From: an uncultured Desulfosarcina sp.
GTDB lineage: Bacteria; Desulfobacterota; Desulfobacteria; Desulfobacterales; Desulfosarcinaceae
Length of the DNA: 64,000 nt
NCBI GenBank assembly: GCA_963674945.2
Contig: CAXXWQ010000003.1
Span: 1,600,001-1,664,000, forward strand
Direction: 5' to 3'
Positions 37,488 through 46,722 of this stretch are shown here, piece by piece; within the stretch, counting starts at the first letter, position 1; every line of letters starts with the position of its first letter. The position numbers and the translations under genes were made by a program. The notes below the pieces were generated by a model. The model did not search any database. It worked only from the letters and a program-made list of their open reading frames with translations, and was not told where the DNA came from.

Positions 37488-39299
37488 TTGGCTGATATTC
37501 TCGGCGACATGAGAAGAACCCATCACTTAAACACCCTGAATGCAAAAAACGTTGGCGAAACCGTCATTCTGATGGGTTGGGTCCTGCGGCGGCGGGATCA
37601 TGGAGGGGTGATTTTTGTTGATTTGCGGGACCGGGAGGGAATCACCCAGGTGGTATTCAATCCGGAAGTCAACCAGGAAGTACACGCCAAAGCCCACGTT
37701 ATCCGCAACGAATACGTCCTCGGCGTACGCGGCCGCGTGGCGCCTCGCCCGGAAGGGATGGTCAACCCCAAGCTTCCCACCGGCGAGATCGAGGTATTGG
37801 TGGACGAGTTGAAAATACTCAACCCGGCCACTACGCCACCTTTCATGATCGAGGACAATGTGGATGTTTCCGAGGCCATTCGGTTGAAAAACCGGCACCT
37901 GGACCTTCGTCGTCCCACCTTGCAGCGAAACATCATCATGCGGCACAAAATCGGTGCGGCGGTCCGTAATTTTCTCAATGACAATGGTTTTTTGGACATC
38001 GAGACACCGGTTCTGACCCGCAGCACGCCGGAAGGTGCGCGTGACTATCTGGTGCCCAGCCGGGTCAACGCAGGCCAGTTTTACGCCCTGCCCCAGTCAC
38101 CGCAATTGTTCAAGCAACTTCTCATGGTCTCGGGTTTCGATCGCTACTACCAGATCGTCAAGTGCTTTCGGGACGAAGATCTGCGGGCCGACCGCCAGCC
38201 GGAATTCACTCAGATCGATATGGAGATGTCTTTCGTGGGCGAAGAAGACATCATGGAGATCGGCGAGAAAATGATGGCCGACCTCTTCGAAACGGTGATG
38301 GACCAGTCCCTGTCCCTCCCATTCCCCCGGCTGACCTACGCCGAGGCCATGGATCGATACGGTCTGGACAAACCGGACACCCGCTTCGGACTGGAACTTG
38401 CGGAGGTCTCGGACATCGTCGAGAAGAGCGGTTTCAAGGTGTTTGCCAGCGTAGTCAAAAAGGGCGGTATCGTAAAGGCCCTGAACGCCAAGGGCTGTAT
38501 CGACTTCTCACGAAAAGAGATCGACGACCTGACCGACTTCGTTGCCGTTTACCGTGCCAAGGGTCTGGCCTGGATCAAAGTGCGTGAGGATTCCTGGCAG
38601 TCTCCCATCGCCAAATTCTTCACCGATGAGGAAAAGGAACAGTTGGCCGAGCGAATCGACATGGAACCGGGAGACCTGGTCTTCTTCGTGGCAGACCAGC
38701 CCAAAGTCACCAACGAAGCGTTGGGCCACCTGCGCAACCATCTGGGCAAAAAACTGGGGCTCATCGATGAGCGTCAATTCAACTTCGTCTGGGTGACCCA
38801 TTTTCCCATGTTCGAGTACGACGAGGTGGAAAAACGGTATCAGGCACTGCACCATCCCTTCACGGCCCCATTGGAGGAAGACTACGAAAAACTGGCGTCT
38901 GATCCTGAGTCCGTTCGATCCCGCGCCTATGACATCGTGCTGAACGGATTCGAGGTTGGCGGCGGCAGCATCCGTATTCACGACATGGAGCTGCAAAAAC
39001 GGGTCTTTTCCGCGCTGGGAATGGCGCCCGACACCTACCAGGAAAAATTCGGATTTCTTCTCGATGCCCTCGAATCCGGCGCCCCCCCCCATGGTGGCAT
39101 CGCCTTCGGATTCGACCGGCTTGTGATGCTCCTTTGCGGCGAGCCCTCCATTCGGGACGTCATCGCCTTTCCCAAAACCCAACGGGCCGCCTGCCTGCTC
39201 ACCAATGCACCATCCGAAGCGGCCAAGGAGCAGTTGGACGAACTCTCTCTTCGGCTGAAGCTGACCGTTTCCGAAACACAGGAAAAAAAGGAAGCATGA
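37488..39299 (+). CDS. aspS: Aspartyl-tRNA synthetase
   Basis: [39 protein letters not shown] and PPHGGIAFG motifs; TTG start after AAGGAG. Confidence 0.97.
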   Translation: MADILGDMRRTHHLNTLNAKNVGETVILMGWVLRRRDHGGVIFVDLRDREGITQVVFNPEVNQEVHAKAHVIRNEYVLGVRGRVAPRPEGMVNPKLPTGEIEVLVDELKILNPATTPPFMIEDNVDVSEAIRLKNRHLDLRRPTLQRNIIMRHKIGAAVRNFLNDNGFLDIETPVLTRSTPEGARDYLVPSRVNAGQFYALPQSPQLFKQLLMVSGFDRYYQIVKCFRDEDLRADRQPEFTQIDMEMSFVGEEDIMEIGEKMMADLFETVMDQSLSLPFPRLTYAEAMDRYGLDKPDTRFGLELAEVSDIVEKSGFKVFASVVKKGGIVKALNAKGCIDFSRKEIDDLTDFVAVYRAKGLAWIKVREDSWQSPIAKFFTDEEKEQLAERIDMEPGDLVFFVADQPKVTNEALGHLRNHLGKKLGLIDERQFNFVWVTHFPMFEYDEVEKRYQALHHPFTAPLEEDYEKLASDPESVRSRAYDIVLNGFEVGGGSIRIHDMELQKRVFSALGMAPDTYQEKFGFLLDALESGAPPHGGIAFGFDRLVMLLCGEPSIRDVIAFPKTQRAACLLTNAPSEAAKEQLDELSLRLKLTVSETQEKKEA

Positions 39300-39343
39300 G
39301 GAAAAAATCTTCTAACGCACTTCAAGAAAACGGAGGAAACCCC

Positions 39344-39934
39344 ATGACAAGACGCATGAAATGGATGATTGCGGCGGCCCTGTTCATCCTGACCTTCGGT
39401 GGATGCGGTTACAACGCCTTGCAGCAGATGGAGGAACAGGTATTCAAGGCCTGGTCCGATGTGGAAAGCAATTTGCAGCGCCGTGCCGACCTCATTCCCA
39501 ACCTCGTTGCCACCGTCAAGGGGTATGCCTCCCATGAAAAAGAGACGCTGGAAGCGGTGGTCAATGCGAGGGCCAAAGCCACCAGTGTTCAGCTTTCCGC
39601 CAATGATCTGGGCAATGCCCAGGCCATGCAGCAGTTGGCGGATGCCCAGGGAGGGCTTTCGTCCGCCCTATCCCGCCTGATGGTGGTGGTGGAGCGCTAC
39701 CCGGAACTCAAGGCCAACCAGAATTTTTTGGATCTGCAAAACCAGTTGGAAGGTACGGAGAATCGGATCAATGTGGCCCGCCAACGCTACAACCAGGCGG
39801 TTCAGGAGTTCAATGGAAAGATTCGCAGTTTTCCGTACAGCCTCACCAACAGCCTCTTGCTCAAACTGGATCGAAAAGAGTATTTCAAGGCAGAGGCAGG
39901 TGCCACCCAGGCACCAAAAATCAGTTTTGAATAG
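39344..39934 (+). CDS. lemA: LemA family protein
   Basis: [29 protein letters not shown] and LEGTENRI motifs; GGAGG RBS. Confidence 0.93.
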   Translation: MTRRMKWMIAAALFILTFGGCGYNALQQMEEQVFKAWSDVESNLQRRADLIPNLVATVKGYASHEKETLEAVVNARAKATSVQLSANDLGNAQAMQQLADAQGGLSSALSRLMVVVERYPELKANQNFLDLQNQLEGTENRINVARQRYNQAVQEFNGKIRSFPYSLTNSLLLKLDRKEYFKAEAGATQAPKISFE

Positions 39935-39939
39935 GGGCC

Positions 39940-40920
39940 ATGGACATGGACGATCGCCTGCACATCGGTCACAAAGGACATCCTTCCCACATGGCTGCAA
40001 GGCTTCTTCTCATCGGAAACGCGAATCAAAGGGTCGCCAAACGAGCGAAAATCGTCAATATCCTTTTTATGGTTTCACTGGTGACGACGATACTTGCCGC
40101 CCCGGCATTTTCCCTGGAGGTCCCCCGGCTCACCGGCCATGTCAACGACTATGCCGGCATGCTCAGCACGGCGGCCAAACACCAGTTGGAGGCAGCGCTC
40201 AAAGATTTTGCCCAAAAGGAGTCCACCCAGATCGTCGTGCTGACCATCCCGTCGTTGAAGGGGGATGCCCTGGAGGACTTTTCCATCCGTGTGGCCGAGG
40301 CCTGGAAGATCGGACAAGAAGGGTTGGACAATGGGGCGATTTTATTGATCGCCAAAAACGACCGGAAGATACGAATCGAAGTGGGATACGGGTTGGAGGG
40401 GCGTCTAACGGACCTTCTCGCCGGTCGTATCATCCGAAACGAGATCGCGCCCTACTTCAAGCGGGGACAGTTTGATCAGGGCATCGTGGCGGGGGTTGCC
40501 GCCATGGTCGGTGCGGTCCGCGGCGAATACACTTCGGCTACGCCCGTGAAAAAGGACAAACCGAACAAGCAAGGTGTTCCCGTCTTCGCGCTCATCGGCC
40601 TCTTTTTCCTGATCAATGCATTGGGCCGCGCCAGTCGTGTGATGGGAGCTGCCACCGGGGCGGTATTGTTTCCCATTGCAGGCGCACTCTTCTTCGGCTT
40701 GAAACCGCTCCTCCTGCTGGTACTGGTTCCCGTCGGTCTGGTGGCCGGTCTTTTTATCGGCCTGATGGGTGGACCGCTGGCGGGTCGCGGCACCACAATT
40801 CGTCGCGGCGGTTACTGGGGCGGCGGTATGGGCGGTGGCGGTTCCTTTTCGGGCGGATTCGGCGGCTTTTCTGGTGGTGGCGGCGGCTTCGGTGGCGGCG
40901 GTGCCTCCGGCGGATGGTAA
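39940..40920 (+). CDS. TPM domain (YgcG-like) membrane protein; true start may be further downstream
   Basis: VNDYAGML, RIEVGYGLEG.LTD and glycine-rich GGGGFGGGGASGGW tail. Confidence 0.9.
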   Translation: MDMDDRLHIGHKGHPSHMAARLLLIGNANQRVAKRAKIVNILFMVSLVTTILAAPAFSLEVPRLTGHVNDYAGMLSTAAKHQLEAALKDFAQKESTQIVVLTIPSLKGDALEDFSIRVAEAWKIGQEGLDNGAILLIAKNDRKIRIEVGYGLEGRLTDLLAGRIIRNEIAPYFKRGQFDQGIVAGVAAMVGAVRGEYTSATPVKKDKPNKQGVPVFALIGLFFLINALGRASRVMGAATGAVLFPIAGALFFGLKPLLLLVLVPVGLVAGLFIGLMGGPLAGRGTTIRRGGYWGGGMGGGGSFSGGFGGFSGGGGGFGGGGASGGW

Positions 40921-41032
40921 AAAGCTTTTCCAGGCCAAATGTGGCCTAACAGCCACATGCAGGAATCTCGTTTTTATCTGTTCGTTAACAATCGAATCCC
41001 GAAAATTGAGTTGGTGACAAAAGGGTTAATCC

Positions 41033-41689
41033 ATGAAGCAACTGGTGGAAAAATTTCTGTCAAAGAAAGACCGGGCACGCATTGAGGCCGTCGTCTCTGA
41101 GGCCGAGAAGAAGACAGCCGGAGAAATCGTCTGCATGGTCGTCCCATCGAGCTACCATTACCCCACGGCGGACATTTTGGGGGCGTGTGCCACAACCTTG
41201 CCGCTGTCAATTGTCGGAACCTATGTTATCGGCGGCCGGCTGTGGCTCGGCACCCAGAACATGTGGCTTTTCATGGGACTTTTCGCCATCGGCTTCATAT
41301 TGTTTCACTGGCTGGTCAGACGCTTGCCCGCTTTCAAACGGCAATTCGTTTCCCGACGGGAGATCGACGAGGAAGTGGAGGAAGCTGCCATCAACGGTTT
41401 CTTCCGGCAGGGCCTCTACCGGACCCGTGACGCCAACGGCGTTTTGTTGTTTATCTCCGTTTTCGAACACAAGGTTTGGCTTCTGGCGGACAAAGGAATT
41501 CATGAAAAGGTCCCTTCCAATGAATGGGACGATCTGGTCGGCCGTATCACGAAAGGTATCCGGAAGGGGAAGGGGGCCGACGCCATCTGTGATGCCATCG
41601 GCCATATCGGAGACCTCTTGCAGGCCCATTTTCCCATCAAACCCGATGATACCGACGAACTTGCCAATTTGATCATCGAGGGTGAGTGA
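41033..41689 (+). CDS. TPM domain membrane protein
   Basis: AEKKTAGEI, T...NGVLLFIS..EH....ADKGI and D.DEL.N tail; usual partner of the lemA/TPM pair. Confidence 0.88.
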   Translation: MKQLVEKFLSKKDRARIEAVVSEAEKKTAGEIVCMVVPSSYHYPTADILGACATTLPLSIVGTYVIGGRLWLGTQNMWLFMGLFAIGFILFHWLVRRLPAFKRQFVSRREIDEEVEEAAINGFFRQGLYRTRDANGVLLFISVFEHKVWLLADKGIHEKVPSNEWDDLVGRITKGIRKGKGADAICDAIGHIGDLLQAHFPIKPDDTDELANLIIEGE

Positions 41690-41796
41690 AGACCAGAAGA
41701 TGTTCGAGCGATCCACGATCACCAGATAACGGTATCGCCGGCACCCCTTCTGGAATTACAGGGACAGCGATGAGACGACCAACTCAGGTATGCGCG

Positions 41797-42381
41797 TCAT
41801 TCCTGAACATCCTGGACCGTAATTAGTTTTTTGACCAAGTGATTGTGTATTGCCGACAGGTTGATCAGGCGCACGAACGGATCGTTGTAGATGGCCGTTG
41901 CATCCGACGGCCCGGCGCACAGCACCGTCTCCTCGATGGCTTCCATGGTTCGATGGCCGGACGCCGGTGTGGCGATTCGCGTATCCACGGTTTTTCGAAT
42001 CAGATAGCGATAGCCCGTCGCCTGTCTGCCATTGGATTGGGAAATCGGGCAAAAGAAGATGAGGTATCGGCTGCCCCCCTCCCCTTGCGGGAATTCCTGC
42101 ACGCCATCGACGTTCAGTTTCATGAAACCGTTTTTTTTCAACCATCCGGAAAGATCCGAAAGTACCGTTTGGCTCTCCAAAACGGATAGTTTCAAGTGGC
42201 CCACCAGATAACCGCCCAGGAAAACCGTAAACAGGTCCTTGAATGTATACTGCCGCGCGTATCCCGATTGCATGCCACCCAAGGGATCGGGGGGCAAAAA
42301 GGATCGTGACCACCGTTTCCAACGGGCCAGATTGATTCCCAGCAGATGGGAAAGTTCACGATTTGTATAGTAATGTATCAT
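41797..42381 (-). CDS. Hypothetical protein with N-terminal MerR-like HTH
   Basis: YTNRELSHLLGINLARWKRW...GYARQYT pattern. Confidence 0.65.
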   Translation of the reverse strand: MIHYYTNRELSHLLGINLARWKRWSRSFLPPDPLGGMQSGYARQYTFKDLFTVFLGGYLVGHLKLSVLESQTVLSDLSGWLKKNGFMKLNVDGVQEFPQGEGGSRYLIFFCPISQSNGRQATGYRYLIRKTVDTRIATPASGHRTMEAIEETVLCAGPSDATAIYNDPFVRLINLSAIHNHLVKKLITVQDVQE

Positions 42382-42463
42382 ATTGACACTTCTATCAACT
42401 CATCCCCATTTTTTCAATCCTCACCCTGCCCGCAAACGCAGAGGGTGCGGCATGTTGCGCCGG

Positions 42464-45082
42464 TCACAGGGGCGTACCCAGCTGAATCAAGAAGACAGGC
42501 CCCGATTCATCCAAAACGTCGGGTTGACGAATGGGCCAGGCCACTCCCATGTGAAAGGAGGAGAGGTATCCCCATGCGATTTCCATGGAAGTGACAATCT
42601 CCACGCCCGCGCCCACCAGAATATCTTCATCATCAATGGAATCATCCGCGGCACCGGCGTCAACGAATGTCCCCAGCATCATACGATGGAAAAACAGGGG
42701 CAACGTCATGTATCCGGCCTGAAAATTTACCAAGGGGAAGAAGACTTCGATCCCCGAGGTGATGGCCTGATCCGCGTCCAGAATATTTGAATCAAAGCCC
42801 CGAAGCGGAAACAGGCGCGATGGACGCTGGGTAAAATAGCCCTCCAAAACGTTGCCGCCGATTCGGTAGGTGTCGTGGCCGGGAAGGATCGGCCCCCAAC
42901 TCTTGCCCGCCTGCAGGTGCAACATGGTGAAAACAGACTCACCAAAAAACAATTGGCCGCCGCCGAAGATGGATCGTCTGTCACCGGAAAACCACTCCAG
43001 ATTCAGCCAACCGCGGTGTCGTCCGTATTCCTTGGCCACATGAAGTGCCGCCCACTGTTCCTCATCATACTGTTGATCGGCGTCTCTATCTTGATAAATG
43101 CGATAGTTAAAGGACACCTCGACCTCTTCGTACTCCCAGGGCCGCCAGAAAGACTTGATTTCATGCCGCGATTCATCGACGGATTGGCCCAGTGCCGTAC
43201 TATAGGAGAAGGGATATCGCGTATAGCGCAACCCGAATCGTTTGGCCGAGGCACCGGCCCGTATGGACCAGAATTCATCGTCGGCGGCGTACCGCACCCC
43301 GCCGTCCACGGTGTAGTCACCGGAGACATCCCGGCCGAATGTGCCAACCCCCACCTGGAGATCCGTTTCGCTGATGAACAACTCCGGTTGGAGATAATTG
43401 GGAAAGAGGCTGGAAAATGGATTGTAGCGTTCGTCGGACTGTCCATCCATTTTTTTTCTCTCTTCTTCCACCGACGGCGAATATGATTTCGCATCGGCAC
43501 CCTGGATTGTGTCCTCCGTAAAATCAGGTCCCTTTTCCGCAGTTCTTTTTGCAGGAGATAGGATCGTCGGCACCCATCCTTCTCCGGACAGACACAGAAA
43601 CTTGTCGTCCCTGGGCATGACGGCCTGGGTATCGCAACGGCTGCGGATGGTGCCGCCCGTATCCATGATCCGAAAACTTCCGTCCCGGTTTGATGCAAAC
43701 AGGATGGTGTTTTTTTCAAACCATGGGTCGATTTCCGCAGCCGGACTGTCGGTCACTCTCTGCCAGTCGCCATCGTAAAGCCAGATATCCCAGTTTCCCA
43801 TTCGATTGCCCGCCACGGCGATTCTTCCATCGGCGTCCATGACCGGCCCGGAAAGCTGGAGAATTCCTTCGGGAGCAACGATGGTGTCAAAATGGATACC
43901 GGACCAAAGATTTATGGCCTCATACTGAGTTGTCTTTTCACGGGGCAATACCGCGAGACAGGGGCGATGTCCGATCCGGGTAACGGCGACGCCGCCCGGT
44001 CCTGGATCCCAGAAGTGCTCTTCATCCATCCATACGGGTTGATCACCCCGATACCGTATCCGTTTCGATATCCCGTGCTGGTCGTATTGGGAGAGCCAGA
44101 GGCTGCCCTTTTCGTCCAAATAACCGTATCGGCCTCGGCGTCCGATTCGTTCCACGCCGGGAAAGATACCGGCCCGGTTCCAGAATAGATACGGATTGGC
44201 CCAATAGCCATGAACAGGATCTCCCGAAGAAGCTTGGCCGGGACCGGGAAGGGATTGCTGAAACTGCCGCCACAATTGGGGCCAGGTATACCCCGTGATA
44301 CGCTCGGCCTTCCAGTCGATTTCAAAGGGGATGACCCCGCCGCCGTGTTCCGAAAGAAAACCAAGGAGACCGTCCCATCCATGTCGATCCACGACCCATT
44401 GAATAAAAGGACGACCGAATATCCGATAACTATGGTGCCCCGGCCAGATTTCCGGATGATTGCTCACCGCATCCAGGTCGGCGATGGGGGTGTTTTGCAA
44501 GATGGCGTCGTAGATGGGAGTGGGTGTTGGTTGATGGTTGTATCGGGAATAGAGCAGGTGGCATACGCCGTCGGTGATCCAATCGGGCAAAATGACGTTG
44601 GGCGAGACGATTTCCCCAAATCCCTTGTGCACCAGGGCGGGAATCCCGGATCGCATGCCGTAGATTGCCTGAAGGCAAAGCCCTTTGAACAGATAATATC
44701 GCCATGGATCGGCCTCAAGCCAGCCATCCTCGAAAACACCGGGAGCCTTCAAGCCGAGACGGATCTCCCGGTGGGGAATCACGTGGACTTGGGGTCCGGG
44801 TGTGTCCAGGTTCTCATCCAGAATTACGTGAACCGGCTTCTTGACCGATAGCCCATACTCTTCGAGAAATTGGCAAATGCGCGGGGCCGCGGCGGCCAGT
44901 CGCCGGGCAATCTGCCGCTCACCCGGTGAATAGTAGATTTCACTTCCATTGCCCGTGAGTTGAAAAAGCGGCGCGGCATGAGCCGGTTCGATGCCAATCA
45001 ACACAACGAAATGAAAGGCGAAAATCAGGCAAAAGGAAAAACGGCGTTGCATCGCGGTGAAAAAGGGCAGGAACATCAGCAT
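42464..45082 (-). CDS. Secreted/outer-membrane protein with peptidase-like, TolB-like propeller and Omp85-like barrel regions
   Basis: Signal-like N-terminus (AHA); GNWDIW...AEIDP.F....LFASNRDG propeller repeat; LRGF motif and C-terminal barrel-like strands. Confidence 0.7.
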   Translation of the reverse strand: MLMFLPFFTAMQRRFSFCLIFAFHFVVLIGIEPAHAAPLFQLTGNGSEIYYSPGERQIARRLAAAAPRICQFLEEYGLSVKKPVHVILDENLDTPGPQVHVIPHREIRLGLKAPGVFEDGWLEADPWRYYLFKGLCLQAIYGMRSGIPALVHKGFGEIVSPNVILPDWITDGVCHLLYSRYNHQPTPTPIYDAILQNTPIADLDAVSNHPEIWPGHHSYRIFGRPFIQWVVDRHGWDGLLGFLSEHGGGVIPFEIDWKAERITGYTWPQLWRQFQQSLPGPGQASSGDPVHGYWANPYLFWNRAGIFPGVERIGRRGRYGYLDEKGSLWLSQYDQHGISKRIRYRGDQPVWMDEEHFWDPGPGGVAVTRIGHRPCLAVLPREKTTQYEAINLWSGIHFDTIVAPEGILQLSGPVMDADGRIAVAGNRMGNWDIWLYDGDWQRVTDSPAAEIDPWFEKNTILFASNRDGSFRIMDTGGTIRSRCDTQAVMPRDDKFLCLSGEGWVPTILSPAKRTAEKGPDFTEDTIQGADAKSYSPSVEEERKKMDGQSDERYNPFSSLFPNYLQPELFISETDLQVGVGTFGRDVSGDYTVDGGVRYAADDEFWSIRAGASAKRFGLRYTRYPFSYSTALGQSVDESRHEIKSFWRPWEYEEVEVSFNYRIYQDRDADQQYDEEQWAALHVAKEYGRHRGWLNLEWFSGDRRSIFGGGQLFFGESVFTMLHLQAGKSWGPILPGHDTYRIGGNVLEGYFTQRPSRLFPLRGFDSNILDADQAITSGIEVFFPLVNFQAGYMTLPLFFHRMMLGTFVDAGAADDSIDDEDILVGAGVEIVTSMEIAWGYLSSFHMGVAWPIRQPDVLDESGPVFLIQLGTPL

Positions 45083-45137
45083 CCGTTTCTTGAGAACATT
45101 TTTTTCAAAAAAAAATATAGCGGGACGTCCATTTCTG

Positions 45138-45410
45138 TCAATATGGCATCTTACCGTTCAGGCGATACACAAACACCAGCACCTCGGCAACGGCACGATA
45201 GAGTTCGGCAGGAATCTGAGCCTCCAGTTCCAATGCTTCGAGGACATTGACCAGGTTGGGATCCTCGACCAGAGGGACACCACTTTTCCGAGCCACCGCA
45301 ATGATTTTTTCGGCAATATGCCCCCTTCCCTTTGCCACCAGCCGGGGGGCCATATCCCTGGCTTCATCGTATCGCAGGGCGGCGGCCCGCTTCATGGGTT
45401 TGTCGCTCAT
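45138..45410 (-). CDS. FlhB C-terminal-like protein (EscU/YscU family, YlqH-like)
   Basis: AAALRYD....AP.LVAKG.G.IAEKI...A...IP.ELYRAVAEVL. Confidence 0.92.
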   Translation of the reverse strand: MSDKPMKRAAALRYDEARDMAPRLVAKGRGHIAEKIIAVARKSGVPLVEDPNLVNVLEALELEAQIPAELYRAVAEVLVFVYRLNGKMPY

Positions 45411-46456
45411 ACGGTCACGTCCAACTGTCGATGGTCGGTCCGTTTCAAATCCTCTCCCTCGAACGCGGCGATTTTTTTCTCACTGATGACAACGCCGACG
45501 GAAACGGTGGTAAACGTATTGGCCAATACCCCGCCGATACGCTTTTGTTCATTTTCGACGGCCCGCTTTGCCTTTTCATCCTGGACATAAAACGTGATAT
45601 TGAGGTTCCCCTCTGCCATCCACAAATCGGCACGGACAGTTCCCATTCGGTCCATCTCGAGGAGCAGGGAGATCCGGGGCTGTGTATCATGGGTCGCAGG
45701 CCGCCCCTTTTTGGCATAATAGACCTTCAACCGGGCGTCCCGGTTTTCACCGGTCAGGACCATCATGTGCGTAAACGCCTGTAACAGTTCCGGTTTGCCC
45801 GGCCTTTGGATGGCTGATTGCTGTTGCTGTTCCATATGGTCCAGCATTTTCGAGACCACCCTCTTCATGGTTTCCAGCGGTTGTTCCTTGATAGATGGCA
45901 CATTTTGATCGGATTTATCCAGAAACTGCTTCAGGATCAATAGGTTGGGTTTTACATCCGTTGCCATGAGATGGCGAATTCCAGGTTGTCTGACCAGGTC
46001 TTCCGTCTTCATGGATTCCGGTAACTGGCCGGATGACGTTTCAATTGCCTTCTCCAGCCGTTTTTCGAAATAGAGTCCGCAATTTTCAACGAGAACCTTA
46101 ATCCGCCCTGCCAATTTGGTCGTGTCGCCCTCCGGCAACAACGGATCGAGGGCCTGGCGCAGATTGTAAATTGCTGCTTTTACGTCGGGTGGAATCTCGT
46201 TGTCACCTTCATCGGCACCACCGTCGCCTGTGTCCGAAAGGCTTTTCAACTGCTTTCGCAAAACCGCCAAGTCCCTCACCTTCGGCAGTGAAACGGGAGC
46301 AGGCGGCGTTCCTGATTCTCTATTTTCAATGCCTGTGGACGCATCCTTCATGGGAGCCGATGGATCTTGCCTTTTGGCAGGAGCGGCGGGCACGATCCTT
46401 TTGCTTTTGACGGTTCCGATTTGTTTGGAAAACGAAAGTAGACGCTTGATGTCCAT
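45407..46456 (-). CDS. FliK-like flagellar hook-length control domain protein
   Basis: GLYFE motif and C-terminal LLLEMDRMG.VR.DL; overlaps the FlhB-like gene. Confidence 0.7.
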   Translation of the reverse strand: MDIKRLLSFSKQIGTVKSKRIVPAAPAKRQDPSAPMKDASTGIENRESGTPPAPVSLPKVRDLAVLRKQLKSLSDTGDGGADEGDNEIPPDVKAAIYNLRQALDPLLPEGDTTKLAGRIKVLVENCGLYFEKRLEKAIETSSGQLPESMKTEDLVRQPGIRHLMATDVKPNLLILKQFLDKSDQNVPSIKEQPLETMKRVVSKMLDHMEQQQQSAIQRPGKPELLQAFTHMMVLTGENRDARLKVYYAKKGRPATHDTQPRISLLLEMDRMGTVRADLWMAEGNLNITFYVQDEKAKRAVENEQKRIGGVLANTFTTVSVGVVISEKKIAAFEGEDLKRTDHRQLDVTV

Positions 46457-46476
46457 GGTTCCCACCGCCCAATATC

Positions 46477-46722
46477 TCATGCAGACCGGTAAAAGGGAAT
46501 GTTCCCGGTCTCCACAACAATATCGAACCGTTTTCGCAAAACGTTAAGAATCGGAACGACGAACGTTCGCGCGCAGACAAACCCTGAAGAAGCGACGTAT
46601 CCCCTGGGAATTGGCAGGCTGAAAAATGGAAATGATAAAAAAGGATGGTAATGCTTCATACAGAACAGTACATGGTAATGTTCCCGGTCTCCACGACAAT
46701 ATCGAACCGTTCGCGCAAAACG
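46477..46722 (-). repeat. Direct repeat of the last 67 bp of lhr (46477-46543 and 46656-46722)
   Basis: 58/67 identical by manual alignment; both copies end in an in-frame TGA. Confidence 0.85.

Noticed and set aside
40808..40917. GGC/GGT-rich repeat
   Set aside because: Encodes the normal glycine-rich tail of TPM-domain proteins
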